In this document: positions 1-8,652 of the stretch, one piece after another | How the letters are laid out: each line of letters starts with the position of its first letter | Position numbering within the stretch: the stretch's first letter is position 1 | Source of the DNA: Longivirga aurantiaca | GTDB taxonomy: Bacteria > Actinomycetota > Actinomycetes > S36-B12 > CAIYMF01 | Assembly (NCBI RefSeq): GCF_042660085.1 | Contig: NZ_JBHSTI010000008.1 | Span: 780,001-812,000 of the forward strand | Direction: 5' to 3' | Length of the DNA stretch: 32,000 bases | Translations under genes and position numbers: made by a program | Notes under the pieces: model-generated | The model's input: the letters and a program-made list of their open reading frames with translations, nothing else | Databases searched by the model: none | What the model was told of the DNA's origin: nothing

Positions 1-529
1 GGCCCATGAGCGCGGAGGCCACGACCTGCTGCACCGTGGTCTTCGCGTCCTGCCCGTTGAGGATGTTGGCCCCGTGCAGCAGCCCGAAGACCACCGACGA
101 GACCACACCGACCCAGACCAGGCCGAGCCCGGCCTCCTGCAGCGCGCCGACGAAGTAGCCGCGGATGAGCAGCTCCTCGGACAGCCCCACGAGGAACGTC
201 GCGAGCAGTGCGACGCCGACGAAGCGCCCGTTCACCTGCGACCAGGGATTGCGCACCAGGCGCAGGACGACGCCGAGCAGGATCACGACCGGGATCGCCC
301 ACAGCCACGCCGCGGAGACGGTCGGCGCGAAGGAGAAGGCGTCGGCCAGCCGTCCGGTCGCGGCGAGGAAAGCCACGAGCACCGCCGTCATGACCGCGAC
401 GGGGATGAGCACGCCCTTGCGGAGGTTCGGCTCGCTCTCGGCGATGGCGACGTACGGCACGCCTGACGCCTTCTGCAGCGCTATCAGCCCGGCCAGGTAC
501 ACCGCGCACACGACGATCCCGAGCAGCAT
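1..529 (-). CDS. CPBP family intramembrane glutamic endopeptidase (CAAX-protease-like), 3' end cut by window edge
   Basis: Absent from the ORF track because it runs off the window. Hand translation of the minus strand from the ATG (complement of 527-529) gives MLLGIVVCAVYLAGLIALQKASGVPYVAIAESEPNLRKGVLIPVAVMTAVLVAFLAATGRL...GLSEELLIRGYFVGAL...VVFGLLHGANILNGQDAKTT. This is a multi-TM protein with EExxxR and FxxxH CPBP motifs. GAGG lies 7 nt upstream of the ATG. Confidence 0.75.
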   Translation of the reverse strand, partial: MLLGIVVCAVYLAGLIALQKASGVPYVAIAESEPNLRKGVLIPVAVMTAVLVAFLAATGRLADAFSFAPTVSAAWLWAIPVVILLGVVLRLVRNPWSQVNGRFVGVALLATFLVGLSEELLIRGYFVGALQEAGLGLVWVGVVSSVVFGLLHGANILNGQDAKTTVQQVVASALMG

Positions 530-603
530 GGCACCACCTCGCCGGGCGCCGGCCCCTCGGTGGCGTCCGCACCGACTCTAGCGACGCGTGCGAGGCTGGA
601 CCC

Positions 604-1836
604 GTGGACATCTCCCGTGAGCTCGACGTCGTCGTCTTCGGTGCCAGCGGCTTCGTCGGCCGCCTGACGGCCGAGCACCTCGCCGCACATGCCCCCAGCG
701 GCACGCGCATCGGCCTCTCCGGCCGCTCGCTCGAACGCCTCACGGAGGTGCGCGACTCGCTCGGCCCGGATGCCGCCGGCTGGCCGCTGATCGTCGCCGA
801 CGTCGACGAGCCGGCGTCGCTGCGGGCGCTCGCCGCACGCACCCGCGTGCTCGCGACCACCGTCGGTCCCTACCTGAAGTACGGCCTCGGAGTCGTCGAG
901 GCGTGCGCGTCGGCCGGCACCGACTACGTCGACCTCACCGGGGAGGTCCTGTTCGTCCGCGAGTCTCTCGACCACTGGGCCGACGTGGCCCGCGACTCCG
1001 GCGCGCGCATCGTGCACTCGTGCGGCTTCGACTCCATCCCGTCCGACCTGGGCGTCCTGCTGCTCGCCGAGGCGGCGCACGCCGACGGCGCCGGCACGCT
1101 CGAGGAGACCGTGCTGGTCGTGCGCTCGTTCGGCGGCGGGGTGAGCGGCGGCACGATCGACTCCGCGCGGACGATGGCGATGGCCGTCGCCGACGACCGC
1201 TCCCTGCTCAAGGTCCTCGGCGACCCGTACGCCCTCAGCCCCGACCGCGACGCCGAGCCCGACACCGCGCAGCCGTCCGACAACGCGCGCATCCGCCGCA
1301 GCGCCGGGCTGGGCACGTGGGTCGGCCCGTTCGTGATGGCGTCGTACAACACCCGCGTGGTGCGGATGTCCAACGCGCTGCAGGACTGGGCCTACGGCCG
1401 CACCTTCCGCTACGGCGAGGAGATGGCGTACGGCGGCGACGTGCTGGCCCCCGTCCGTGCGGCGGCGGTGAACGCCGGGCTGGCCGCGGGCGTGGCGGCC
1501 TTCGCGTTCGGGCCGACCCGCGCGGTCGTCGACCGCTTCCTGCCCAAGCCGGGCGAGGGGCCGAGCGAGGAGACGCGGATGAACGGCCACTTCAGCGTCG
1601 AGGTCCGCAGCCGTACGACCAGCGGGGCGACGTACGGCGCGGTCATCGCCGCCGACGGCGACCCCGGCTACCAGGCGACGTCGGTGATGCTCGGCGAGAG
1701 CGCGCTCGCGCTCGTGCACGACCGCGACCGTCTGCCCGACCGTGCGGGCGTGCTCACAGCGGCGTCGGGGATCGGCAGCGTGCTCGCGGAGCGCCTGCGC
1801 GCGCAGGGCTTCACGATCACGGTCCAGCGCATCTGA
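604..1836 (+). CDS. saccharopine dehydrogenase-like NAD(P)-binding oxidoreductase (Rv2449c / trans-acting enoyl reductase-like)
   Basis: 410-aa ORF with GTG start. The N-terminal Rossmann motif is VVVFGASGFVGRL, followed by VGPYLKYG, DYVDLTGE and HSCGFDSIPSD, all typical of this family. GAGG lies about 8 nt upstream. Confidence 0.8.
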   Translation: MDISRELDVVVFGASGFVGRLTAEHLAAHAPSGTRIGLSGRSLERLTEVRDSLGPDAAGWPLIVADVDEPASLRALAARTRVLATTVGPYLKYGLGVVEACASAGTDYVDLTGEVLFVRESLDHWADVARDSGARIVHSCGFDSIPSDLGVLLLAEAAHADGAGTLEETVLVVRSFGGGVSGGTIDSARTMAMAVADDRSLLKVLGDPYALSPDRDAEPDTAQPSDNARIRRSAGLGTWVGPFVMASYNTRVVRMSNALQDWAYGRTFRYGEEMAYGGDVLAPVRAAAVNAGLAAGVAAFAFGPTRAVVDRFLPKPGEGPSEETRMNGHFSVEVRSRTTSGATYGAVIAADGDPGYQATSVMLGESALALVHDRDRLPDRAGVLTAASGIGSVLAERLRAQGFTITVQRI

Positions 1837-1843
1837 CTCAGGC

Positions 1844-1885
1844 TGGATGCCAGATCCCGGGCCCCGTCCCGGAAACCGGCATCCA
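1844..1885. terminator. bipartite hairpin between convergent genes (candidate bidirectional terminator)
   Basis: TGGATGCC (1844-1851) pairs with GGCATCCA (1878-1885). An inner stem pairs CCGGG (1857-1861) with CCCGG (1868-1872). The hairpin lies between the stop at 1834-1836 (+) and the stop at 1895-1897 (-). There is no U-tract. Confidence 0.45.
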
Positions 1886-1894
1886 ACCTCGCAC

Positions 1895-2629
1895 CTACTG
1901 GAGCTGGCTCAGGAGGAACGCCGCGGCGAAGCCGGTCGTGGTCACGAGCCCGACGAGCCGGCCGCCGTTCTCGAAGGCCTCCGGCATCATCGTGTCGGCC
2001 AGCATCGTGAGGATGGCGCCGGCGGCGAAGGCCTGGATGACTGCGAGCACGGCGGGATCCGCGTCGCCGAGCAGGACGTAGGCGAGCATCGCGACGAGGC
2101 CCGAGGCGACCGCGACGCCCGACCACAGCATCAGGATCCAGCGCGGGGAGTGGCCCGCCTTGCGCAGGCCGGTGGCCGCCGACATCGCCTCGGGGATGTT
2201 CGACAGGAAGACCGCGACGACGACCGCGAGGCCCACCGGGCCGCCGCCGACGAGCGTGATGCCGATCGCCGCCGACTCCGGGATGCCGTCGAGCAGCGCG
2301 CCGAGCACGAGGCCCTTCGCGTCCTCGCCCGGCCCGCTCTGCTTCCCGCCCGACCGCTTGCGGTGCCGGCCGCCGATGCGGTCCAGGAGCCGGTCGCCGA
2401 CGTAGAACGTGAGTGCGCCCGCTGCGAGGCCGATGACCACCTCGCGCGCCCCGGCGGAGTCGTACGCCTCCTTGGTGAGCTCGAACGCGAGCGCGCTGAT
2501 GAGCACGCCGGCGCCGAACGCCATGACGAGGCCGATGGTTCGCGGGGAGAACTGCCGGGCCAGGCCGAGCACGGCGCCGACCACGAGGGCGATCCCGCCC
2601 ACGAAGCCCCACATCCCGGCGATCAGCAC
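1895..2629 (-). CDS. ZIP family divalent-metal (zinc) transporter
   Basis: 244-aa polytopic protein. It has a central Gly/Arg/Lys-rich cytoplasmic loop (GGRHRKRSGGKQSGPGEDAKG) followed by LLDGIPESAAIG and FLSNIPEAM helices, typical of ZupT/GufA-type ZIP proteins. GTG start; ATG at 2614 is an alternative. Confidence 0.8.
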   Translation of the reverse strand: MLIAGMWGFVGGIALVVGAVLGLARQFSPRTIGLVMAFGAGVLISALAFELTKEAYDSAGAREVVIGLAAGALTFYVGDRLLDRIGGRHRKRSGGKQSGPGEDAKGLVLGALLDGIPESAAIGITLVGGGPVGLAVVVAVFLSNIPEAMSAATGLRKAGHSPRWILMLWSGVAVASGLVAMLAYVLLGDADPAVLAVIQAFAAGAILTMLADTMMPEAFENGGRLVGLVTTTGFAAAFLLSQLQ

Positions 2630-2689
2630 GCCGCCACCCTCTCACCGGGAGCACCGGGACGGTGGCTCGGCGAGCGCGAGATGCGTCGG

Positions 2690-3049
2690 CTACGGGGTCG
2701 GCGGCTTCGGGCCGAAGCGGCGTACCTCCTGGGGCCAGCCGCACGCCTCGGCGAGCCTGCCGGCCCAGTACCGCGCGGCCTCGACGTCGGGCACCTCCAC
2801 GACCGTGAGCCCCCCGAGGTGCTCCTTGGTCTCGGCATAGGGGCCGTCGGTGAACACGAGCGCGCCGCTGGTGGCGTCGGCGGCGAAGGCGTCGGACGTG
2901 TCGAGCTCGAGCCCGCCGGCGAAGAGGTAGACGCCGGCGGCCTTCATCTCCTCGACCACGGCCATCGCGAGAGGTCCCCGCGACGCGAACCACTCCGCGG
3001 GGTGGTCGCCGACCCACTGGTGGTTGAAGTAGATGAGGTACTCGGCCAT
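2690..3049 (-). CDS. YciI family (YCII-related) protein
   Basis: The real gene is the 119-aa 3' part of track ORF 2690..3424. It reads MAEYLIYFNHQWVGDHPAEWFASRGPLAMAVVEEMKAAGVYLFAGGL...FTDGPYAETKEHLGGLTVVEV. GGAGGAG lies 5 nt upstream of the ATG (complement of 3047-3049). Confidence 0.8.
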   Translation of the reverse strand: MAEYLIYFNHQWVGDHPAEWFASRGPLAMAVVEEMKAAGVYLFAGGLELDTSDAFAADATSGALVFTDGPYAETKEHLGGLTVVEVPDVEAARYWAGRLAEACGWPQEVRRFGPKPPTP

Positions 3050-3188
3050 GGCTGCTCCTCCTGCCCCGGGCGGACGTCGTGCCCGCGTCACCACCTGTAC
3101 GAACGGCGAGCGGCCCGATCGACACGGTCGTGCGGCCGCCGTGCCCACATCCTGGCGGCTCGGATCGTCCCCGTCCGGGAACGGCCGG

Positions 3189-4466
3189 TCAGGTGGCGTC
3201 GCGCAGGAGGTTGCCGTCGCGGACGACCATGGCGAGGCGCGGCTGGGTGTAGGGGTAGGGCGTGGTGGCGAGGAGCTCGCGCTCCTCCACGACGGCCTGC
3301 TCGTACGTCGCGACCGTGCGGGCGGCAAGGGTCGGCCAGTCGTGGTCGCGGCCGAGGACGGCCCGGGCCTGCCGCACGACGCGCTGGGCCAGCACGTCGC
3401 TGCGCAGCACCTCGGTGACGGCATCGGCGAGCGCTGCGGCGTCGAGCGCGGGGAAGGTCAGCCCGGTCTCGCCGTTGGTGACGATCTCGGCCAGGCCGCC
3501 GGCGTCCGACACCACGAGCGGTGTGCCGAGCGCCGCAGCCTCGAGCGCGACGAGGCCGAAGGGCTCGTAGACCGAGGGCACCACGGCGACGTCGGCCGCG
3601 GCCGACACGGCCATGAGCTCGGTCTCGGTGAGCCAGCCCGTGAAGACGACCGACCGCGAGACGCGGAGCCGGCGCGCGAGGTCGGCGAGCGCCTCCTGCT
3701 GCGACCCCTTGCCCACCACGACGAGGCGCAGACCTGGGAACCGGCGACGCAGCCGAGGCATCGCCTCGACCAGCGTGTGCACACCCTTCTCCCACTCCAG
3801 GCGCCCGCTGAACAGCACCAGCGGGCCGTCGCCGCCCCAGCGGGCCCGGGCCTCGCCGACCTCGGCGTCGGAGACGGTCCACTCCGACAGGTCGATGCCG
3901 TTCGCGATCACGTCGACCTTGCCGGGAGGCAGCTCGAACAGCCGCGTGACCTCCCAGCTCATGTGCTGCGAGCACGTGACGACGCGGCGGGCCTCGTAGG
4001 TGAGCCACCACTCGACGGTGTGGATGGCCTTGGAGAAGTGGTTGGGCAGCCAGCCCTGGTGCCGGCCGGCCTCGGTCGCGTGGATGGTCGCGACGATCGG
4101 CACCTCGAACGCCTGGCGCAGGCTCGCGGCGGCATGGGCCACGATCCAGTCGTGCGCGTGCACCACCTCGGGCCGCCACGTACGGCCGAGGGCGAGGCCC
4201 GCGCGCGTCATCGAGTGCTCGAGCGCGATGACCCACGCGAGGAAGTCCTCGGACATCGTGATCTCGCTCGAGTCGTGCGGCGCGCGCACCACGCGCACGC
4301 CGTTCACGACCTCGTCGAGGGCCAGCCCGACCTCCCCGGGGTGCTGCGTGACGACGACGACGTCGTGCCCGGCCGCAGCCTGCGCCTCGGCGAGAGCGTG
4401 GACGTGCCGGCCGAGGCCGCCGTACACGAGCGGCGGGTACTCCCACGACAGGTGCAGGATCCGCAC
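3189..4466 (-). CDS. GT4 family alpha-glucosyltransferase (Rv3032-like, glycogen-synthase-like)
   Basis: VRILHLSWEYPPLVYGGLGRHVHALAEA at the N-terminus, and YEPFGLVALEAAALGTPLV (E-x7-E GT4 motif) near the C-terminus. The GTG start (complement of 4464-4466) lies 1 nt after the GH57 stop. The track ORF extends further upstream, but that extension overlaps the GH57 coding end. Confidence 0.85.
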   Translation of the reverse strand: MRILHLSWEYPPLVYGGLGRHVHALAEAQAAAGHDVVVVTQHPGEVGLALDEVVNGVRVVRAPHDSSEITMSEDFLAWVIALEHSMTRAGLALGRTWRPEVVHAHDWIVAHAAASLRQAFEVPIVATIHATEAGRHQGWLPNHFSKAIHTVEWWLTYEARRVVTCSQHMSWEVTRLFELPPGKVDVIANGIDLSEWTVSDAEVGEARARWGGDGPLVLFSGRLEWEKGVHTLVEAMPRLRRRFPGLRLVVVGKGSQQEALADLARRLRVSRSVVFTGWLTETELMAVSAAADVAVVPSVYEPFGLVALEAAALGTPLVVSDAGGLAEIVTNGETGLTFPALDAAALADAVTEVLRSDVLAQRVVRQARAVLGRDHDWPTLAARTVATYEQAVVEERELLATTPYPYTQPRLAMVVRDGNLLRDAT

Positions 4467-4467
4467 G

Positions 4468-6021
4468 TCAGACCACCCACTCGTGGGGGAGGTCGGGATC
4501 GGCGAGCCGGCGCGCATCGAGATGGCCGAAAGGCCTGTCGGCAGAACGCATCTCGACCGCATGGCGCACGGCGTCGGGGGAGCCGCGCTCGATCAGGGTC
4601 GCGAGCTCGTGCGTCTGCAGGTGGTGCCGGCGGTGCCGGTCTCGCGCATAGCCCGCGGCGGAGTCCTTGGTGACCATGAACGCCCAGTCGCTCGAGAGCG
4701 CGAGCAGCGCCGAGCGCACGAGCTGGTCGCGTGCGGCGTCCCGCGCGTAGGGGCGCGACTCCGCGTCGAGCACCTTGAGCACCCGCTGGCGCAGCAGGGC
4801 GTTGTCGTCGACGAGGTCGGCCACGGCCTCGCCGTCCCACACCCGCCAGTCCTTGCCCGACCCCCACGAGCCCGCCTCGAGGTCGAGCGCGCCGCCCACG
4901 TGCCCTGCCTCGACCGCGCCCCGCAGCGTCGTGACCCGCACGCCCGCCTCGGGCAGCAGCCGGAGCACGCGCTCGAGCCACTGCGGCCCCTCGTGCCACC
5001 AGTGCCCGAAGAGCTCGGTGTCGTACGCCGCGACGACGAGTCCCGGCCGTCCGTCCCGCTGGGCCGCGATGTCGGCGAGCCGGCGGCGCACCACCTCCAC
5101 GAAGTCGGCCGCGTCCTCCTCGACGGCGAGCCGCGCGCGGTCCGGGTCGTACGGCGCCTTCTCGTGCGACGGCGTCGTCGTGCTGGTCACGCGCGCGGGT
5201 CGGAAGCCCGACGGGTGGTCGAAGGTGTGGAAGTCGCGGTACCACCGCCCGCCCGGGTAGCCCTTCTTGGGCGACCAGACGCGGTAGGTAACCTCGAGGT
5301 CGCGCGCGAACGCCACGACGTCGCTCGACCCCACGGTCGCGGCCTCGGCGGTCGAGCCCCCGACGCCGAGGACTGTCGGGCCGTCGACGAGGAAGCGCTC
5401 GACGCCTGCCGCGGCGTAGAGGTGCTCGAGACCCGGGCGGTACCCGCACTCGGGCGCCCAGATCCCGCCCGGCCGCGACCCGAGCCGCAGGGCGGCGTCG
5501 TCGAGGCCCGTGCGCAGCGAGAACGACGTCCAGCGGTCGTCCAGCAGCGGCTGGAACGGGTGCGTGGCCGGGCCGCCGAGCAGCTCGACCGTGCCCTGGT
5601 CGACGAGCGGTCGGAGCACGGGGGAGAGGCCGCCGGACCAGCGGCCCTCGAGCTCGGCCAGCGCGCGCTGCGAGGCGCGGAACTCGCGCGACCCCGTCTC
5701 GCGCAGGTGGTCCTCGTCGCGGTGCGCGAGGCCCTCGGCGCGTGCCTGCCAGAAGCCGGCCCAGGTGCGCACCTCGCGCAGGCAGTAGGGGTCGTCGAGC
5801 TGCGCGGCGAGAACCGGTGTCATGCCGAGCGTGAGCACGTCCTCGCGACCCTCGTCGGCGAAGCGGTGCAGGAGGTCCAGCACCGGCAGGTACGACGTCG
5901 CCCACGCCTGGTAGAGCCACTCCTCGCCGACCGGCCAGGTGCCGTGGTGCGCCAGCCACGGCAGGTGCGTGTGGAGCACGAGGCAGAACGTGCCGACGGG
6001 CTCGTCCGTGCGCGCGGTCAT
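4468..6021 (-). CDS. GH57 family alpha-glucan branching/processing enzyme (Rv3031-like)
   Basis: This is the 517-aa 3' part of the 1334-aa track ORF. It reads MTARTDEPVGTFCLVLHTHLPW..., with GGPATHPFQPLL, IWAPECGY (GH57 nucleophile Glu region) and AAYDTELFGHWWHEG (acid/base Asp region). Its ATG overlaps the methyltransferase stop as ATGA (6018-6021). Confidence 0.85.
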   Translation of the reverse strand: MTARTDEPVGTFCLVLHTHLPWLAHHGTWPVGEEWLYQAWATSYLPVLDLLHRFADEGREDVLTLGMTPVLAAQLDDPYCLREVRTWAGFWQARAEGLAHRDEDHLRETGSREFRASQRALAELEGRWSGGLSPVLRPLVDQGTVELLGGPATHPFQPLLDDRWTSFSLRTGLDDAALRLGSRPGGIWAPECGYRPGLEHLYAAAGVERFLVDGPTVLGVGGSTAEAATVGSSDVVAFARDLEVTYRVWSPKKGYPGGRWYRDFHTFDHPSGFRPARVTSTTTPSHEKAPYDPDRARLAVEEDAADFVEVVRRRLADIAAQRDGRPGLVVAAYDTELFGHWWHEGPQWLERVLRLLPEAGVRVTTLRGAVEAGHVGGALDLEAGSWGSGKDWRVWDGEAVADLVDDNALLRQRVLKVLDAESRPYARDAARDQLVRSALLALSSDWAFMVTKDSAAGYARDRHRRHHLQTHELATLIERGSPDAVRHAVEMRSADRPFGHLDARRLADPDLPHEWVV

Positions 6022-6800
6022 GGCCGCACCGCCACGGCGACGAGGTCCTGCGCACCGTCGTGCCCGCCGACCTCGAAGTCGGCCGCCGTCACCGTCGCCA
6101 CGAACGCCTCGAGACCGTCCGGCACGTGGCCGGAGTCCAACACCGCGGCGACCTGGGCGGCGACGATGCCGACGCCGTGCTCGGCCTCCCAGGCGGTGAT
6201 GCGCGGACCGTGCTGGAGGCCGTGCACCACGACGTCGACGAAGCCGGCGTCCACGAGCAGGTCGTGCAGCTGCCCGGCGTCGAGCTCCTCCACGTGGAAC
6301 GGGTTGGTCGGCTTCTCGCCGCGACCGAGGCCGGGCGAGAAGACGGGCCGGTTGGGCGTCGTCACCACGAGGGCGCCACCGGGGCGCACCGAGCGGAAGC
6401 AGGCGCGCAGGAACCCGCGCAGGTCCCACAGGTGCTCGACGACCTGCAGCGTCACGAGCAGGTCGACCGACGCGGTGGCCACGGGGAGCATCGCGAGGTT
6501 GGCGCGCACCGTGCGCACCGAGCCGTACGTCGTGTGCGCGTGCCGCGCGGACGCGTCGTCGTACTCGAGCGCGAGCACGGTCGCGGCACCCGCCGAGCGC
6601 AGCATCGCCGCGCCGTAGCCCTCGCCGCTGCCCGCCTCGACCACGGCCGCCCCGGACAGGCGGTCGGCGAGGGCGTCGACGAGCCAGGCGTAGGCCGCCT
6701 CGTGCCGGGCGAACCAGTACTCCTCGCCGCGCACGCCCGGGAGCGTGCGCTCGCCGGTCAGCGGCAGGGGGTGGCTCACGCCTCCAGACCCTAGGCGCAC
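6018..6800 (-). CDS. class I SAM-dependent methyltransferase (Rv3030-like)
   Basis: TGERTLPG N-terminal motif, VVEAGSGEGYG SAM-binding motif I, and DLLVTLQVVEHL. The start is uncertain: GTG at 6800 or GTG at 6779. Neither has a well-spaced SD. Confidence 0.78.
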   Translation of the reverse strand: MRLGSGGVSHPLPLTGERTLPGVRGEEYWFARHEAAYAWLVDALADRLSGAAVVEAGSGEGYGAAMLRSAGAATVLALEYDDASARHAHTTYGSVRTVRANLAMLPVATASVDLLVTLQVVEHLWDLRGFLRACFRSVRPGGALVVTTPNRPVFSPGLGRGEKPTNPFHVEELDAGQLHDLLVDAGFVDVVVHGLQHGPRITAWEAEHGVGIVAAQVAAVLDSGHVPDGLEAFVATVTAADFEVGGHDGAQDLVAVAVRP

Positions 6801-6839
6801 CTGGCCGCAGGAAGAACCTGACGAGCCCCAGGTGGGCCG

Positions 6840-8651
6840 TCAGGCGACCTTGCGGCTCATCGTGGCCGAGTAGCCGGTGGCGATGGTCGAGCTCCCCGTC
6901 ACCGCCACGCGGAGGGAGTAGGTGGCGCGCACGGTGGGCTTCCACTTCAGTGTGACCTTGCCCGTCGACGACAGCTTCCCGGTCGCGACGGTCACCCACG
7001 ACGAGCCCGACTTCTTCTGCAGCGAGGCGATGGCGCCCGCCGGCGCTCCCCCTGTCGAGACCGGCACGTAGATCGTCGAGCCGAAGGCGTACGAGGTCTT
7101 CGGCGCGAACGACGAGCTCGTCGTCTTGGCGGTCACGCCGACGTGCGGGCTCACCGTGATGATCGTGCTGCTGGCCTGGGCGGCGCCGAGGGCGACGGAG
7201 CCGAAGTACCGGGCCTGCACGGCGGTCTTCGCACCGAACGAGCGGGTGATCGACCAGGCGCCCGTGCTGGTCAGGGTGACGGTGCTGGCACGTGTCCAGG
7301 TGGCTGCGCCGTACTGCTTGATCCAGATCTGCACCTGCTGGCCCGCCTCGGACTTGCTCGTGATGGCGAGCGTGCCGCGCAGCGTGATCTTCTGCGTCGC
7401 GGAGGGCGTGGTGTCGGTGGCGGCCGCGGTCAGCGACGCGGCCGACGGGGCGGGCCCGTTCGGGGCGGCGGTCGCAGCGGCGTCGGTCCAGCCGGAGGCG
7501 CCGATCTCGTTGACCGCCGCGACCTGGGCGAGGACGGGGAAGCCGTTGAGCAGCCCCGTCACATCGACGCTGGTGCTGCCGGTCGTGGCGGTGCCCAGCA
7601 CGGTCCGGGTGGTGGCGTCGACCACGCGCACGGAGTACGACGTCACGGCCATGCCGCCGTCGTCGCTCGGGGCCTCCCAGGAGACGGTGATCCTGCCGTT
7701 GCCCGGTGCGACCGTCGGTGTGCTGACGGCGCTCGGCACGGTGGCCTGGTCCCACTCCACCGCGGTCGAGAACCTGCCGGGCCCCCAGGCGCAGGTGGCT
7801 GCCACCTGGAGGTCCTGGATGCCCGGGTCGAGCGAGCTCAGGGTCACCGAGCGGGCCGCGGCACCGAGCGTGGCGACGGGGATCCCTCCGGAGTACACGA
7901 CGTACCCGGTCACGGTGACACCGCCGGCCACGGACTCGGTCCACGTGACGGTGGGGTGAGCGGTGCCGGTGACCGTGACGACCGGTGCCGACGGCAGCAC
8001 GCCGCGCAGCACGGTCACCGGTTCGCCCCAGCCCCAGCCCTGGGCGTTCACGGGGACCACCCGGACCTGGTGCGGGCCGTAGGTGAGGCCGGCCAGGGAG
8101 AAGGTGCGCACGGCTGCGCCGAGGGAGACCCACGGATCGCTGTCGACCTGCACGACGTAGCCCGTCACCGGCGAGCCGCCGTCGATCAGCGGCTCGTCCC
8201 ACGTGACCGTGGCGTCCATGCCGTCGTTGCCCGTGAGGTTCTCGACCGGCTGCGGCGAGCGGCGGTTCACCTGCATCTGCTTGGTGAGGGTGCGCGCGGA
8301 CCCCGTCTCGTCCGTGAAGGTCACGGTGACGGTGTGCGAGACCGGCGACGCGTCGGTGCCCGACGCGATCGCCTGCACCTGCCAGTCGGTCGTGTAGTGG
8401 GGCTCGGCGGGGAGGTCGAGGGTGGGACCGCCCGAGATCGAGACGGTCGCGTCGAGAACGCCGTTGGGGCACGTCGTCGAGCAGCGCAGCCCGAGGTCGA
8501 TCCAGTCGCCGACCCAGGTCTTGGCGGGGGCCTCGACCGTGTACGTCACGGGCGAGAGGGCGGAGGCGGGCGCTGCAGCCGTGAGTCCCGTGCTCACGAG
8601 GGCGACAGCGGTCGCGACGGCGGCCGCGAGGCGGCGCAGGGTGCGGTTCAT
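6840..8651 (-). CDS. secreted multi-domain protein: Sec signal, N-terminal beta domain, three fibronectin type III modules, two C-terminal Ig-like repeats
   Basis: The signal peptide is MNRTLRRLAAAVATAVALVSTGLTAAAPASA. FN3 hallmarks are ATVTWDEPLIDGGSPVTGYVVQV, PTVTWTESVAGGVTVTGYVVY and ITVSWEAPSDDGGMAVTSYSVRV. The two C-terminal repeats share W-x4-T-x2-L-[TS]-S-T-G. There is no LPXTG or lipobox. GAGGG lies 8 nt upstream, and the ATG is 1 nt after the DUF1501 stop. Confidence 0.8.
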   Translation of the reverse strand: MNRTLRRLAAAVATAVALVSTGLTAAAPASALSPVTYTVEAPAKTWVGDWIDLGLRCSTTCPNGVLDATVSISGGPTLDLPAEPHYTTDWQVQAIASGTDASPVSHTVTVTFTDETGSARTLTKQMQVNRRSPQPVENLTGNDGMDATVTWDEPLIDGGSPVTGYVVQVDSDPWVSLGAAVRTFSLAGLTYGPHQVRVVPVNAQGWGWGEPVTVLRGVLPSAPVVTVTGTAHPTVTWTESVAGGVTVTGYVVYSGGIPVATLGAAARSVTLSSLDPGIQDLQVAATCAWGPGRFSTAVEWDQATVPSAVSTPTVAPGNGRITVSWEAPSDDGGMAVTSYSVRVVDATTRTVLGTATTGSTSVDVTGLLNGFPVLAQVAAVNEIGASGWTDAAATAAPNGPAPSAASLTAAATDTTPSATQKITLRGTLAITSKSEAGQQVQIWIKQYGAATWTRASTVTLTSTGAWSITRSFGAKTAVQARYFGSVALGAAQASSTIITVSPHVGVTAKTTSSSFAPKTSYAFGSTIYVPVSTGGAPAGAIASLQKKSGSSWVTVATGKLSSTGKVTLKWKPTVRATYSLRVAVTGSSTIATGYSATMSRKVA

Positions 8652-8652
8652 G

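Noticed and set aside
484-3125. Long antisense or alternate-frame ORFs (484..1719 -, 903..2081 +, 1668..3125 -, 1742..3418 +, and similar ones throughout, e.g. 13312..15999 5' part, 17089..18948 -, 19115..21517 -, 28666..31500 -)
   Set aside because: Each lies opposite to or out of frame with a gene that has clear family motifs. Their translations are dominated by R/G/P/A/D/H runs with no motifs. This is typical of non-coding frames in very GC-rich DNA.
6801-6839. Nested CCTG/CAGG inverted repeats between the FN3 stop and the methyltransferase start, a possible terminator separating two operons
   Set aside because: The stems are only 4-7 bp with large loops and no U-tract. The outer arm overlaps the candidate GTG start at 6800. 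This is too weak to call, so operon continuity is left open.
4468-8472. 1334-aa minus-strand ORF in the supplied track, superficially a giant protein
   Set aside because: Only the last 517 codons, from the ATG at 6021, encode a recognisable protein (GH57). The upstream part is Arg/Gly/Pro/His-rich low-complexity translation. It runs out of frame across the methyltransferase and FN3 genes, a stop-codon-poor artefact of high GC.
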